DNA of 64,000 nt, from the NCBI GenBank assembly GCA_035575905.1, contig DATLXL010000023.1, forward strand, positions 4,617 through 68,616, in the 5' to 3' direction. The position numbers were made by a program, and so were the translations under genes. Numbering within the stretch: the first letter of the stretch is position 1; each line of letters starts with the position of its first letter. The notes beneath the pieces are model-generated. The model was given only the letters and a program-made list of their open reading frames with translations, made no database searches and was not told where the DNA came from. This DNA comes from Bradyrhizobium sp. (GTDB lineage Bacteria; Pseudomonadota; Alphaproteobacteria; Rhizobiales; Xanthobacteraceae). Below are positions 28,775-37,016 of the stretch, piece after piece.

Positions 28775-30018
28775 GCCAGCACCCTGCCGTCGCCAACGGT
28801 TCCTACGACGTCGCCCGCGTCCGCGAGGATTTCCCCGCGCTGGCGCTGAAGGTTTACGGCAAGCAACTGGTCTATCTCGACAACGCCGCTTCGGCCCAGA
28901 AGCCGAACGCCGTGCTGCAGCGCATGACGGACGCCTATCGCAGCGAATACGCCAACGTGCATCGCGGACTGCATTACCTCGCCAACGCCGCGACCGAGGC
29001 CTATGAGGGCGCCCGCGAGAAGGTCGCAAGATTCATCAATGCACCGCGCAATGAAGAGATCATCTTCACCCGCAACGTCACCGAGGCGATCAACCTCGTC
29101 GCCTCGTCCTGGGGCGCGCCCAACATCAGGGAGGGCGACGAGATCGTCCTCTCGATCATGGAGCACCATTCCAACATCGTGCCCTGGCATTTCCTGAGAG
29201 AGCGTCAGGGCGCCGTGATCAAATGGGCGCCGGTGGATGACGACGGCAATTTCCTGATCGACGAGTTCGAGAAGCGGCTTGGGCCGCGCACGAAACTGGT
29301 CGCGATCACCCAGATGTCGAATGCGCTCGGCACCTTCGTTCCGGTCAAACAGGTCATCAAGCTCGCGCACGACCGCGGCATTCCCGTGCTGGTCGATGGC
29401 GCGCAGGGCGCGGTGCATTTGCCGGTCGACGTGCAGGACCTCGACTGCGATTTCTACGCCTTCACCGGCCACAAGGTGTACGGCCCGACCGGCATCGGCG
29501 CGCTCTACGCCAAGCACGAGCATCTCGTCGCCATGCGCCCCTTCAATGGCGGCGGCGAGATGATCCGCGAGGTCGCCAAGGACTGGGTCACCTATGGCGA
29601 TCCCCCGCACAAGTTCGAGGCCGGGACGCCGCCGATCGTCGAGGCGATCGGGCTCGGCGCCGCCATCGACTACGTCAATTCGATCGGCAAGGAGCGCATC
29701 GCCGCGCATGAGCAGGGTCTGCTCGACTATGCCCAGGAGCGGATGCGCGAGATCAACTCGCTGCGCCTGATCGGCACCGCCCGCGACAAGGGTCCGGTGA
29801 TCTCGTTCGAGATGAAGGGCGCGCATGCCCATGACGTAGCCACCGTGATCGACCGCCAGGGCGTCGCGGTGCGTGCCGGAACCCATTGCGTGATGCCGCT
29901 TTTGGAACGGTTCAATGTCACAGCCACCTGCCGGGCTTCCTTCGGCATGTATAATACGAAGGAGGAAGTCGACCTCCTCGTGCAGGCGCTGATCAAGGCG
30001 CGGGAATTGTTCGCATGA
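28771..30018 (+). CDS. sufS: Cysteine desulfurase SufS (group II)
   Basis: ATG 28771 overlaps the sufD stop (ATGA). PLP-lysine FTGHKVYGPTG, catalytic RAGTHCVMPL. Confidence 0.93.
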   Translation: MSQHPAVANGSYDVARVREDFPALALKVYGKQLVYLDNAASAQKPNAVLQRMTDAYRSEYANVHRGLHYLANAATEAYEGAREKVARFINAPRNEEIIFTRNVTEAINLVASSWGAPNIREGDEIVLSIMEHHSNIVPWHFLRERQGAVIKWAPVDDDGNFLIDEFEKRLGPRTKLVAITQMSNALGTFVPVKQVIKLAHDRGIPVLVDGAQGAVHLPVDVQDLDCDFYAFTGHKVYGPTGIGALYAKHEHLVAMRPFNGGGEMIREVAKDWVTYGDPPHKFEAGTPPIVEAIGLGAAIDYVNSIGKERIAAHEQGLLDYAQERMREINSLRLIGTARDKGPVISFEMKGAHAHDVATVIDRQGVAVRAGTHCVMPLLERFNVTATCRASFGMYNTKEEVDLLVQALIKARELFA

Positions 30019-30386
30019 CCGACACGGCCGAAGTCAAGACCGCATCCATGGAAACCCGCTCGGCGCTGCCGCCGGAGGAGACCGAGCGCATGAGCGGCGA
30101 GATCGTCGCGGCGCTGAAAACGGTGTTCGATCCGGAAATCCCGGCCGACATCTATGAGCTCGGGCTGATCTACAAGGTCGATCTGAAGGAAGACCGTGGC
30201 GTCGATATCCTGATGACGTTGACCACGCCGAACTGCCCGGCGGCGGGCGAGCTGCCGACCATGGTGGAGAACGCGGTCGCCAGCGTTCCCGGCGTCGGCA
30301 TCGTCAACGTCAATCTGGTGTGGGATCCGGCCTGGACGCCGGACCGGATGAGCGACGAGGCCCGCCTCGTGCTCAATATGTGGTGA
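30015..30386 (+). CDS. sufT: SUF-system Fe-S assembly protein (DUF59 / SufT-like)
   Basis: ATGA overlap with sufS. DUF59 motif DPEIPADIYELGLIY...TTPNCPAAG. Confidence 0.85.
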   Translation: MTDTAEVKTASMETRSALPPEETERMSGEIVAALKTVFDPEIPADIYELGLIYKVDLKEDRGVDILMTLTTPNCPAAGELPTMVENAVASVPGVGIVNVNLVWDPAWTPDRMSDEARLVLNMW

Positions 30387-30446
30387 TGCGTTAAGGGATC
30401 GGCCGCAGCTCGAAGCGGCATTGAACTGGCTGTCAGGACTGATCAA

Positions 30447-30842
30447 ATGAACGACATGACACAAGCAGTGCCCGCAAAACCGAAACCGCGCCCCCGCCCG
30501 CAGGTGATGCGCCTGACGGACGCCGCGGCCGCGCGCATCGGCGAGCTGACCAAGCGCGCCGATTCCGAGATCGTCGGCCTCAGGGTCGGCGTCAAGAACG
30601 GCGGCTGCGCCGGCCAGTCCTACACCGTGGAATATGCCCACGAGATCCGCCCCACCGACGAGGTGGTCGAGGACAAGGGCGTGAAGATCCTGGTCGATCC
30701 CAAGGCCGTGCTGTTCCTGCTCGGCACCGAGATGGACTACAAGGCCGACAAGATGCAGGCCCAGTTCGTCTTCAACAACCCAAACCAGATTTCCGCCTGC
30801 GGCTGCGGCGAGTCGGTGCAGCTCAAGCCGGCCACGGTGTGA
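30447..30842 (+). CDS. sufA: A-type Fe-S cluster carrier (HesB/IscA/SufA family)
   Basis: Conserved cysteines in GGCAGQSY and C-terminal CGCGESV. Confidence 0.88.
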   Translation: MNDMTQAVPAKPKPRPRPQVMRLTDAAAARIGELTKRADSEIVGLRVGVKNGGCAGQSYTVEYAHEIRPTDEVVEDKGVKILVDPKAVLFLLGTEMDYKADKMQAQFVFNNPNQISACGCGESVQLKPATV

Positions 30843-30875
30843 TAGACTCGCGGCACCGGGAAGATTGCCGGCGGC

Positions 30876-31211
30876 CTATCCAAGCGTCTCGGCGATAGCC
30901 TTGCGGAGGGCGGCCTGGTCGGCGGCGCTGAGCCTGCCGAGTTGGCGAAGAACGAGCCCTTGTTCGAGGGTGGCGAAGACCGGCTTGATGGCGGAGGGCT
31001 TGAGCAAACCGGCAGCCTGCCACTGGCCGAGCCAGACTTCACCGAGCGCGGGGTTGGGACGAAACTGGCTGGTGATCGCCATCACCACCACGTCGGGCCG
31101 GGTGGTGTTGTAGGTTCGGTTGCTGACGACGGCGGCGGGCCGCTGCTTCAAGGTGGCCTGGCTGGTGAAGGGGAACGGCACCAGGACGACATCGCCGAAC
31201 TCAAAGGGCAT
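30876..31211 (-). CDS. Type II toxin, PemK/MazF family endoribonuclease
   Basis: MPFEFGDVVLVPFPFTSQATLKQRPAAVVS... is the typical MazF/PemK N-terminal SH3-like fold signature. 111 aa. Confidence 0.85.
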   Translation of the reverse strand: MPFEFGDVVLVPFPFTSQATLKQRPAAVVSNRTYNTTRPDVVVMAITSQFRPNPALGEVWLGQWQAAGLLKPSAIKPVFATLEQGLVLRQLGRLSAADQAALRKAIAETLG

Positions 31212-31398
31212 CGTAGGCGTCGTCGTCCGAGTTGTTCCAGATCGCGGCGAAGGCCGGCGCGCTTGCGGCCGAGGCGGCCCGGGTGAGCGTGCGCTCCCGT
31301 TCGCGCAGTCGAATGAAATCCACGAAATCTTCGACTTCGCTCAGCCGCTCGGGCGGCAGGGCCTGGATCTTCTCCAGGAGGGTTTGGGCGTCGGGCAT
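31201..31398 (-). CDS. Putative antitoxin (DUF2281-like)
   Basis: 65 aa, overlaps the toxin start by 11 nt. LLEKIQALPPERLSEVEDFVDFIRLRE resembles DUF2281 antitoxins. Acidic C-terminus. Confidence 0.65.
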   Translation of the reverse strand: MPDAQTLLEKIQALPPERLSEVEDFVDFIRLRERERTLTRAASAASAPAFAAIWNNSDDDAYDAL

Positions 31399-31411
31399 GG
31401 GGGGACTCTCC

Positions 31412-31792
31412 TCAGGTCGGTATGGGCAGCTTCGTGCCAGCCGCTGGCTTTGTGGCGCGGGTCGAGTCCCAACGGCGGGTCTGATACTTGATGATCAGCC
31501 CTTCCAACACTTCCTTGACGACGGCCTGCTCGTCTTCGAGCAGTTGGGAGACCGCCTCGAACTGGAGGCGCAGATCATCGCTAGGGCCGCGGTCGGCCTC
31601 GTCGAAAACCAGCGCATCGAGGCTGACGTGCAGAGCCTTCGCCAGCTTGACCAGCGCTTCGAGCGTCGGCTGTGCGGCGCCCGTCTCGTAGCGCTTGATC
31701 TGGTTGATATGCAGGCCGACAGCATCGGCCAGACGCTGCTGCGAATAGCCCTGATGCTTGCGGAGCTGGGTAAGGCGTGCGGGGAAGTTCAT
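31412..31792 (-). CDS. XRE-family helix-turn-helix transcriptional regulator
   Basis: ATG 31792. HTH LRKHQGYSQQRLADAVGLHINQIKRYETGAAQPTLEALVKLAKAL plus a ~60-aa C-terminal helical domain. Ends 13 nt before the antitoxin start. Confidence 0.8.
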   Translation of the reverse strand: MNFPARLTQLRKHQGYSQQRLADAVGLHINQIKRYETGAAQPTLEALVKLAKALHVSLDALVFDEADRGPSDDLRLQFEAVSQLLEDEQAVVKEVLEGLIIKYQTRRWDSTRATKPAAGTKLPIPT

Positions 31793-31900
31793 CGGGACCG
31801 ACCACCACCCTGGTTCCTGATACTGTTGACAGAGGCACCGTAACAGGTACCTCATAAGAACCTCAAGAGGGCTATTGACAGGTTTTTAGGGGAGGCCGGC

Positions 31901-32044
31901 ATGGCGCGTATCCCGGAGGCGGAGATCGAGCGGCTGAAGAGCGAGGTCTCGGTCGTCCGCCTGTACAACGCCGATGCCCGGAGTGACTACATCAACGAAT
32001 TCTCCCAGCCAAGCGCGGCCCGAAACCACGGGAGCAGGAGTTAA
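31901..32044 (+). pseudogene. Short ORF whose first ~21 codons resemble the N-terminus of CHC2-type primases of integrative elements (remnant)
   Basis: My translation is MARIPEAEIERLKSEVSVVRL, then unrelated residues and TAA at 32042. Divergent from the XRE gene. Identified from memory of the family N-terminus only. Confidence 0.35.
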
Positions 32045-32188
32045 GTGCACTGTCACCGTAATTCTAATTCGACCGTAATTCGCCGGCGGCCAGACCTTAA
32101 AGAACCAGCAGCCGCCGGGAACGAACGCGCGACGATAGTTGGGCTTGCTCGGTGCGATAGCGCAGGAGCCGGCGATGTTGTAGTCATG

Positions 32189-32213
32189 GCGGATTACGCT
32201 GACGCTAATCCGC
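32189..32213. repeat. REP-like hairpin GCGGATTA-N9-TAATCCGC
   Basis: 8-bp stem (32189-32196 / 32206-32213). The motif resembles a dispersed palindrome type common in this bacterial family. Confidence 0.5.
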
Positions 32214-32310
32214 CCTACGGCTCGCCTGGGAAAAAGGCCGCAACCAGGAAGACTGCGGCCAGGAAGGCAATCGGCAAGCAGACGGCTGCAAGCAAGGCAA
32301 AGCGGAAGCG

Positions 32311-33387
32311 TTAGGCCACCTGGGTGTGGTCGCCCTGCGCCTCGGCGGCGTATTCCGGGTCGACCTCGCAGACCACGCGGTTGCGGCCGTTGCGCTTGGC
32401 GGCGTAGAGGCAGGCGTCGGCGCGCTCGATCAGCGAGTCGGTGTCGTCGCCGTCCTTCAGCATGGCGACGCCGACGGAGATCGTCACGCGGCCCAGAATT
32501 TCGCCGGTCGACTTCTTCTTCAGTTCCTTGGCCATCACGGCGCGGCGGATATGGTCGGCCACGGTCAGCGCCTGGCGGAGGCCGGTATTGGGCAGCACCA
32601 CCGCAAACTCTTCGCCGCCATAGCGGGCGGTGAGGTCCTGGCCCTTGATGGTCTGGCGCAGCGACATGCCGACCAGCCGCAGCACCTGGTCGCCGGTGAG
32701 GTGTCCGTAGGAATCGTTGAACGACTTGAAGTGATCGATGTCGAACATCAGGAGCGACAGCGGCTCGCCGGAGGCCTGCGCGGTCTGTACCGCGGCCTCC
32801 ATCGAGCGGTCGAAATATTTGCGGTTGCCAAGCCCGGTGAGCGGGTCGGTCAGGCTCTCGGCGCGGATGGCTTCCAGGCTGTGCTGGAGATTGCTGATCT
32901 CGTGCCTGGAGGTGGACAGGCACTCTTCGAGCGCCTTGTTGGTCTCGCGCATGTCGCGCGTCGACTTCGCCAGCGAATCGACGATGCTCTTGAGCTGTTC
33001 GCGATTTTCCACCGACGCCAGTTTCTCGCCCGCGCCCTCGAGGCTTAAGCCGTAGCTCTGCGACATGCTGAGCGCTTCGGTGATCAGCTTCATCACGTCG
33101 TCGATCTCGCCGATCACGCGGGCGCCGACCTTGTCGATGCGGTCGGAGGCCTTCAGCTGCGACAGGTACGTTTCGTAGATCTGCTCGAGATCGCTTTCGG
33201 TCAGCTTGCCGTTGCGGGCCAGCGTTTCGTTGATGACCTTGTTGAGCGGCGCGTTGTAGCCGGTGGCGTAGACGTACCAGATTTCGTAATTGCGCGGGAT
33301 CGCGGTCTGGCGAAGCGACTTGATCTGGCCAAGCGCGATTTCGGCGAATGCAAGGGTGCGTTCGTGTTCGTCGAGCGGCTTGACCAC
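32311..33387 (-). CDS. Diguanylate cyclase (GGDEF domain) with N-terminal coiled-coil sensor region
   Basis: Active site RYGGEEFAVVLP, plus DPLTGLGNRKYF and FDIDHFKSFNDSYGH. Confidence 0.88.
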   Translation of the reverse strand: MVKPLDEHERTLAFAEIALGQIKSLRQTAIPRNYEIWYVYATGYNAPLNKVINETLARNGKLTESDLEQIYETYLSQLKASDRIDKVGARVIGEIDDVMKLITEALSMSQSYGLSLEGAGEKLASVENREQLKSIVDSLAKSTRDMRETNKALEECLSTSRHEISNLQHSLEAIRAESLTDPLTGLGNRKYFDRSMEAAVQTAQASGEPLSLLMFDIDHFKSFNDSYGHLTGDQVLRLVGMSLRQTIKGQDLTARYGGEEFAVVLPNTGLRQALTVADHIRRAVMAKELKKKSTGEILGRVTISVGVAMLKDGDDTDSLIERADACLYAAKRNGRNRVVCEVDPEYAAEAQGDHTQVA

Positions 33388-33473
33388 CGTTCCGTCCCCA
33401 ATAGCGAGCAGCGCCGCTCGTTACCTAGCAGCAATTACTAAATTATCGGGGAGACGTTAGCGGAGGAGAATTG

Positions 33474-33501
33474 ACGGCCGGTAAACAGCGGAACCGGCCG
33501 T
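33474..33501 (-). terminator. Hairpin downstream of rhlE (terminator-like)
   Basis: 8-bp stem ACGGCCGG / CCGGCCGT with a 12-nt loop, 10 nt after the rhlE stop. No strong U tract. Confidence 0.4.
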
Positions 33502-33510
33502 TGGCTGCGA

Positions 33511-35022
33511 TCAGGCGCGCGCGCGAACCGGCCGCAGCAGAAATGCCGGAAGGTGCGAGTGATCGGCGGGCTCGGCGTCCTCGCGCGCGACGCGGCGCGG
33601 CTCGGGACGGCCGATCGACGGTGGAAGAGGCGCACTCGCCGCCGCCTCAGTTTGCGGCTGCGACTCAGGACGGCGGTTGCCGCCACCCTTGTTGGCATGA
33701 CGCTCGCCGGCAGGGCGCTCGCTGCCATGCCGCTCGCTGCTCTGACGCTCGCTGCTCTGACGCTCGCTGCCATGCCGTTCACCGCGCTCGCGGCGCGGCT
33801 TGTTGCGACCGCCGCGCGAACCTTCGCGGCCGTGCTCGCGCTTGCCGCGCTTCTCGCGCGGATGCTCGCCTTCTTCGGCGGCCTCGGCGCGGACTTCGTA
33901 GTCGCCCTCGGCGCGCGGAATCTGCTGACCGATCAGCTTCTCGATCGCGGCCATCGACTTCGCATCGAGCGAGGAGACGATCGAGATCGCGGTCCCGGTG
34001 CGGCCGGCGCGGCCGGTACGGCCGATGCGATGGACGTAATCGTCAGGATGATGCGGAACGTCGAAATTGAAGACGTGGCTGACGGCGGGAATGTCGAGGC
34101 CGCGGGCGGCGACGTCGGAGGCCACCAGCAGCGGCAGCTCGCCCTTGCGGAATTGGTCCAGCGCGGCCATGCGCGCCGGCTGGTCCATGTCGCCGTGCAG
34201 CGCGCCGACGCTGAAGCCGTGCTTTTGCAGCGACTTGTGCAGGATGGCGACGTCGCGCTTGCGGTTGCAGAAGATGATCGCGTTGTTGAGGTCCTTGGCG
34301 TCGCGCAACAGGCGGCGGAGAATCTCGCGCTTCTGGTGCGCCTCGCGCCCCGCAGGCACCTGCGCCTGGGTGACGGTGACCGCTGTGGTCGCGGGCCTGG
34401 AGACCTCGATGCGTTCGGGGTTGTGCAGGAAGGTGTCGGAGATGCGGGAAATTTCCGGCGGCATCGTTGCGGTGAAGAACAGGGTCTGCCGCGTGAAGGG
34501 AACGAGCTTGCAGATGCGCTCGATGTCCGGGATGAAGCCCATGTCCAGCATGCGGTCGGCTTCGTCGATAACGAGCAGCTCGACGCCGGTGAGCAGCAGG
34601 CCGCCGCGCTCGGTGTGGTCGAGCAGCCGGCCCGGGGTGGCGATCAGCACGTCGACGCCGCGCATCAGCTTGGTGTCCTGGTCGCCGAAGGAGACGCCGC
34701 CGATCAGCAGCGCCACGTTGAGCTTCTGGCCGGCGCCGTATTTGTCGAACTGTTCCTTGACCTGGGCTGCGAGTTCGCGGGTCGGCTCGAGGATCAGGGT
34801 GCGCGGCATGCGTGCCCTGGCGCGTCCCTTTTCGAGGATGGTGAGCATCGGAAGCACGAAGGCAGCGGTCTTGCCGGTGCCGGTCTGGGCGATGCCGAGG
34901 ACGTCGCGGCGGGCGAGAACCTGGGGAATCGCCTGTGCCTGGATGGGAGTAGGAGTGGTGTAACCGGTGGCCGCAACTGCGGCGAGAACCTTGTCGGACA
35001 AACCGAGATTGGAAAAGGACAT
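33511..35022 (-). CDS. rhlE: ATP-dependent DEAD-box RNA helicase (RhlE-like) with Arg/Ser/Glu-rich repetitive C-terminal tail
   Basis: Motif I AQTGTGKT, motif II VIDEADRM, motif VI HRIGRTGRAG. Confidence 0.93.
   Translation of the reverse strand: MSFSNLGLSDKVLAAVAATGYTTPTPIQAQAIPQVLARRDVLGIAQTGTGKTAAFVLPMLTILEKGRARARMPRTLILEPTRELAAQVKEQFDKYGAGQKLNVALLIGGVSFGDQDTKLMRGVDVLIATPGRLLDHTERGGLLLTGVELLVIDEADRMLDMGFIPDIERICKLVPFTRQTLFFTATMPPEISRISDTFLHNPERIEVSRPATTAVTVTQAQVPAGREAHQKREILRRLLRDAKDLNNAIIFCNRKRDVAILHKSLQKHGFSVGALHGDMDQPARMAALDQFRKGELPLLVASDVAARGLDIPAVSHVFNFDVPHHPDDYVHRIGRTGRAGRTGTAISIVSSLDAKSMAAIEKLIGQQIPRAEGDYEVRAEAAEEGEHPREKRGKREHGREGSRGGRNKPRRERGERHGSERQSSERQSSERHGSERPAGERHANKGGGNRRPESQPQTEAAASAPLPPSIGRPEPRRVAREDAEPADHSHLPAFLLRPVRARA
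33697..33786. repeat. Six tandem 15-bp units encoding pentapeptide repeats (G/S)(S/G)ER(H/Q) in the rhlE tail
   Basis: Units start at 33697, 33712, 33727, 33742, 33757 and 33772. Minus-strand translation is RGERH GSERQ SSERQ SSERH GSERP AGERH. Confidence 0.85.
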
Positions 35023-35155
35023 TGAGCCTCTGTTCGATCCGCCGTTTGGAATCGAAGGTAAATAAGGCTGTCGCGTTCAACCCCGGAAACGGCGTGCTTT
35101 GATGAAGCTCAGGGGTTCTGACTTACGCAGACGAGCGGCTAACCCAGGGAATCGT

Positions 35156-35199
35156 ATGTTTCGACCGAGGCCGCGTTGAGCCGAAACATAGGGTCGAAA
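35156..35199 (-). promoter_or_regulatory. Mutually exclusive hairpins in the putative rhlE 5' leader
   Basis: ATGTTTCG (35156-35163) pairs with CGAAACAT (35182-35189). The overlapping TTTCGACC (35159-35166) pairs with GGTCGAAA (35192-35199). Confidence 0.3.
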
Positions 35200-35372
35200 T
35201 AGCCAAAGTCAATCTTGGAACCGACACTATAGCGGAAAAAGCTTAATGTTTTCGCACAAATAACCGGCTTTTCGTCATTTTGCCTTCAAACGCGGGTGCT
35301 GAACCTCACATCCAGCTCCGGCGACTATCGAGCGTGCAGGCCACTATCAGCGCTGCAGGCGGGGAATTTGCG

Positions 35373-36881
35373 ATGAGACGGATGAGCTGGAAGAACGCGG
35401 CTGCGCTTGGCCTGGCTGCCGCCTTTATCGTGCTGACCGCGCCGGCCCAGGCAGCCAAGCGCGTGGCGCTGGTCGTCGGCAACAACGACTACAGGAACGT
35501 GGCCAAGCTGCAGAAGGCGGTCAACGACGCCCGCACCATGGGCGATACCCTCAAGCAGCTCGGCTTTTCGGTGATGGTCGCGGAGAACCAGACGCGCCAG
35601 GCTTTCAGCCAGACGCTGCTTGCCTTCGACAAGGCGGTCGAGCCGGGCGACACGGCGTTCTTCTTCTTCGCCGGCCATGGCTTTGAGATCGCCGGACAGA
35701 ATTTCCTGCTGCCGACCGACGTGCCGGCGGCGACCGAAGGGCAGGAAGAGCTGGTGCGGGATTCGTCCATCCTCGCGGACCGCATCATCGAGCGCTTGCA
35801 GAACAAGAAGGCGCGCACCGCGATCCTGGTGTTCGATGCCTGCCGCAACAATCCCTTCGAGCGCGCCGGCACCCGCGCGGTCGCCGGCGGCGGCGGGCTT
35901 GCGCCGATGACGCAATTGCCGGAAGGCGTGTTCTCGGTGTTCTCGGCGGGCCCGCGCCAGACGGCGCTCGACCGCCTCTCCAATGACGACGCCAATCCCA
36001 ATTCGGTGTTCACACGCACCTTCGCCAAGGAGCTGACGCAGCCCGGCGCCAACCTCGTGCAGGTGGCGCAGCGCACCCGCCGCGCCGTCAGCGAACTGGC
36101 GGAGACCGTCCGGCACAAGCAGGTGCCGGTCTATTTCGACCAGATGGTCGACGACGTCTTCCTCAACGGCACGGAAAAGTCCGATCGGCCGCCACCGGCG
36201 GCCGCCGCCAAGCCCGCAGAACCGCCGCAGCAACTGGCGGCGCTGACGCCGACCAAGCAGCCGCTGGCCACGGGCTATTCCGTCAACGCGCCGATCGCCG
36301 CCTTCTCGCGTCACAATGGCGGCTGGACGGTGGTGTTCTCGATCGCCGATCCCACGCTCGGGATTTCCTGGCGGCTCGGCGAGAACGGCCAGTACCGCGA
36401 GACCGGCTTTATCGATATGCTCGACCCGCGCACCCGCAAGCGCATGCCGAATCCCTCGATCGAGCTTCCCGCCGACCAGCAGGCCGCCACGATCGAAGTG
36501 CGCTATGTCGATAGCTCGGGCGAGACCCAGGGCCCGTTTCCGATCCGCTTCGACCCCGAGGCCGCGTTGCTGCGCGACCAGCGCAAGATACTCGACATGA
36601 CCGCGACCAGCTGGCTGTCGTTCCGCGATTTCAACGGCGTGCTCGTCTACTACACGCACCTGATGTCCTACCGCTGCGCGATCCGCGAGGCCCGCATCGG
36701 CATCGACAGCGCGGTGCCGGACAAGGTGCTGAAGATGCCGCCTTGCGATCCGCGCGACCCCAGCGTCATTCCGCACGACGCCAATCCTTATCTGAAGCTC
36801 TCGCCGGCCACCAAATCGGTCTCGGTGGAGCTGACCTACCGCGACGGCAGCGTGTCGGAGATCAAGACGTTCCGGCGCTAG
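35373..36881 (+). CDS. Secreted caspase-family (peptidase C14) protein with an unassigned ~240-aa C-terminal domain
   Basis: Signal peptide MRRMSWKNAAALGLAAAFIVLTAPAQA. Catalytic His context FFFAGHGFEI and Cys context LVFDACRNNPF. Confidence 0.85.
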   Translation: MRRMSWKNAAALGLAAAFIVLTAPAQAAKRVALVVGNNDYRNVAKLQKAVNDARTMGDTLKQLGFSVMVAENQTRQAFSQTLLAFDKAVEPGDTAFFFFAGHGFEIAGQNFLLPTDVPAATEGQEELVRDSSILADRIIERLQNKKARTAILVFDACRNNPFERAGTRAVAGGGGLAPMTQLPEGVFSVFSAGPRQTALDRLSNDDANPNSVFTRTFAKELTQPGANLVQVAQRTRRAVSELAETVRHKQVPVYFDQMVDDVFLNGTEKSDRPPPAAAAKPAEPPQQLAALTPTKQPLATGYSVNAPIAAFSRHNGGWTVVFSIADPTLGISWRLGENGQYRETGFIDMLDPRTRKRMPNPSIELPADQQAATIEVRYVDSSGETQGPFPIRFDPEAALLRDQRKILDMTATSWLSFRDFNGVLVYYTHLMSYRCAIREARIGIDSAVPDKVLKMPPCDPRDPSVIPHDANPYLKLSPATKSVSVELTYRDGSVSEIKTFRR

Positions 36882-36897
36882 TCGCTTTCTGCATCCT

Positions 36898-36967
36898 TGC
36901 AAGGAGCGAAGCGACGAAGCGATCCGCCTATCCCCCGCGAGACTGGATGGCTGGCTTTGCTTCGCTC
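36898..36967. repeat. REP-like palindromic element(s) after the caspase gene
   Basis: GAGCGAAGC (36904-36912) pairs with GCTTCGCTC (36959-36967). The core GGAGCGAAGCGACGAAGC also occurs, inverted, at 43864-43895. Confidence 0.5.
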
Positions 36968-37016
36968 GCGATGACGAGCGGAACGATCCGATGTATCCTC
37001 CACGCCGGAGGTCGTC

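Noticed and set aside
24934-29029. 633-aa and 792-aa ORFs antisense to sufB and sufC/sufD, plus 28624..29886 antisense to sufS
   Set aside because: They lie opposite a contiguous, motif-rich suf operon. Their composition is typical of GC-rich antisense frames, and one runs through the REP element.
32186-32314. 42-aa Lys-rich ORF (MADYADANPPYGSPGKKAATRKTAARKAIGKQTAASKAKRKR)
   Set aside because: Its first codons are the REP-like hairpin GCGGATTA...TAATCCGC, it has no clear SD, and it ends inside the stop region of the convergent GGDEF gene. The basic tail is curious but most likely fortuitous.
33697-33786. Possible CRISPR-like periodic repeat
   Set aside because: The units are 15 bp and directly abutting with no spacers. 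They lie in frame inside the rhlE coding sequence, so this is a coding tandem repeat and not a CRISPR array.
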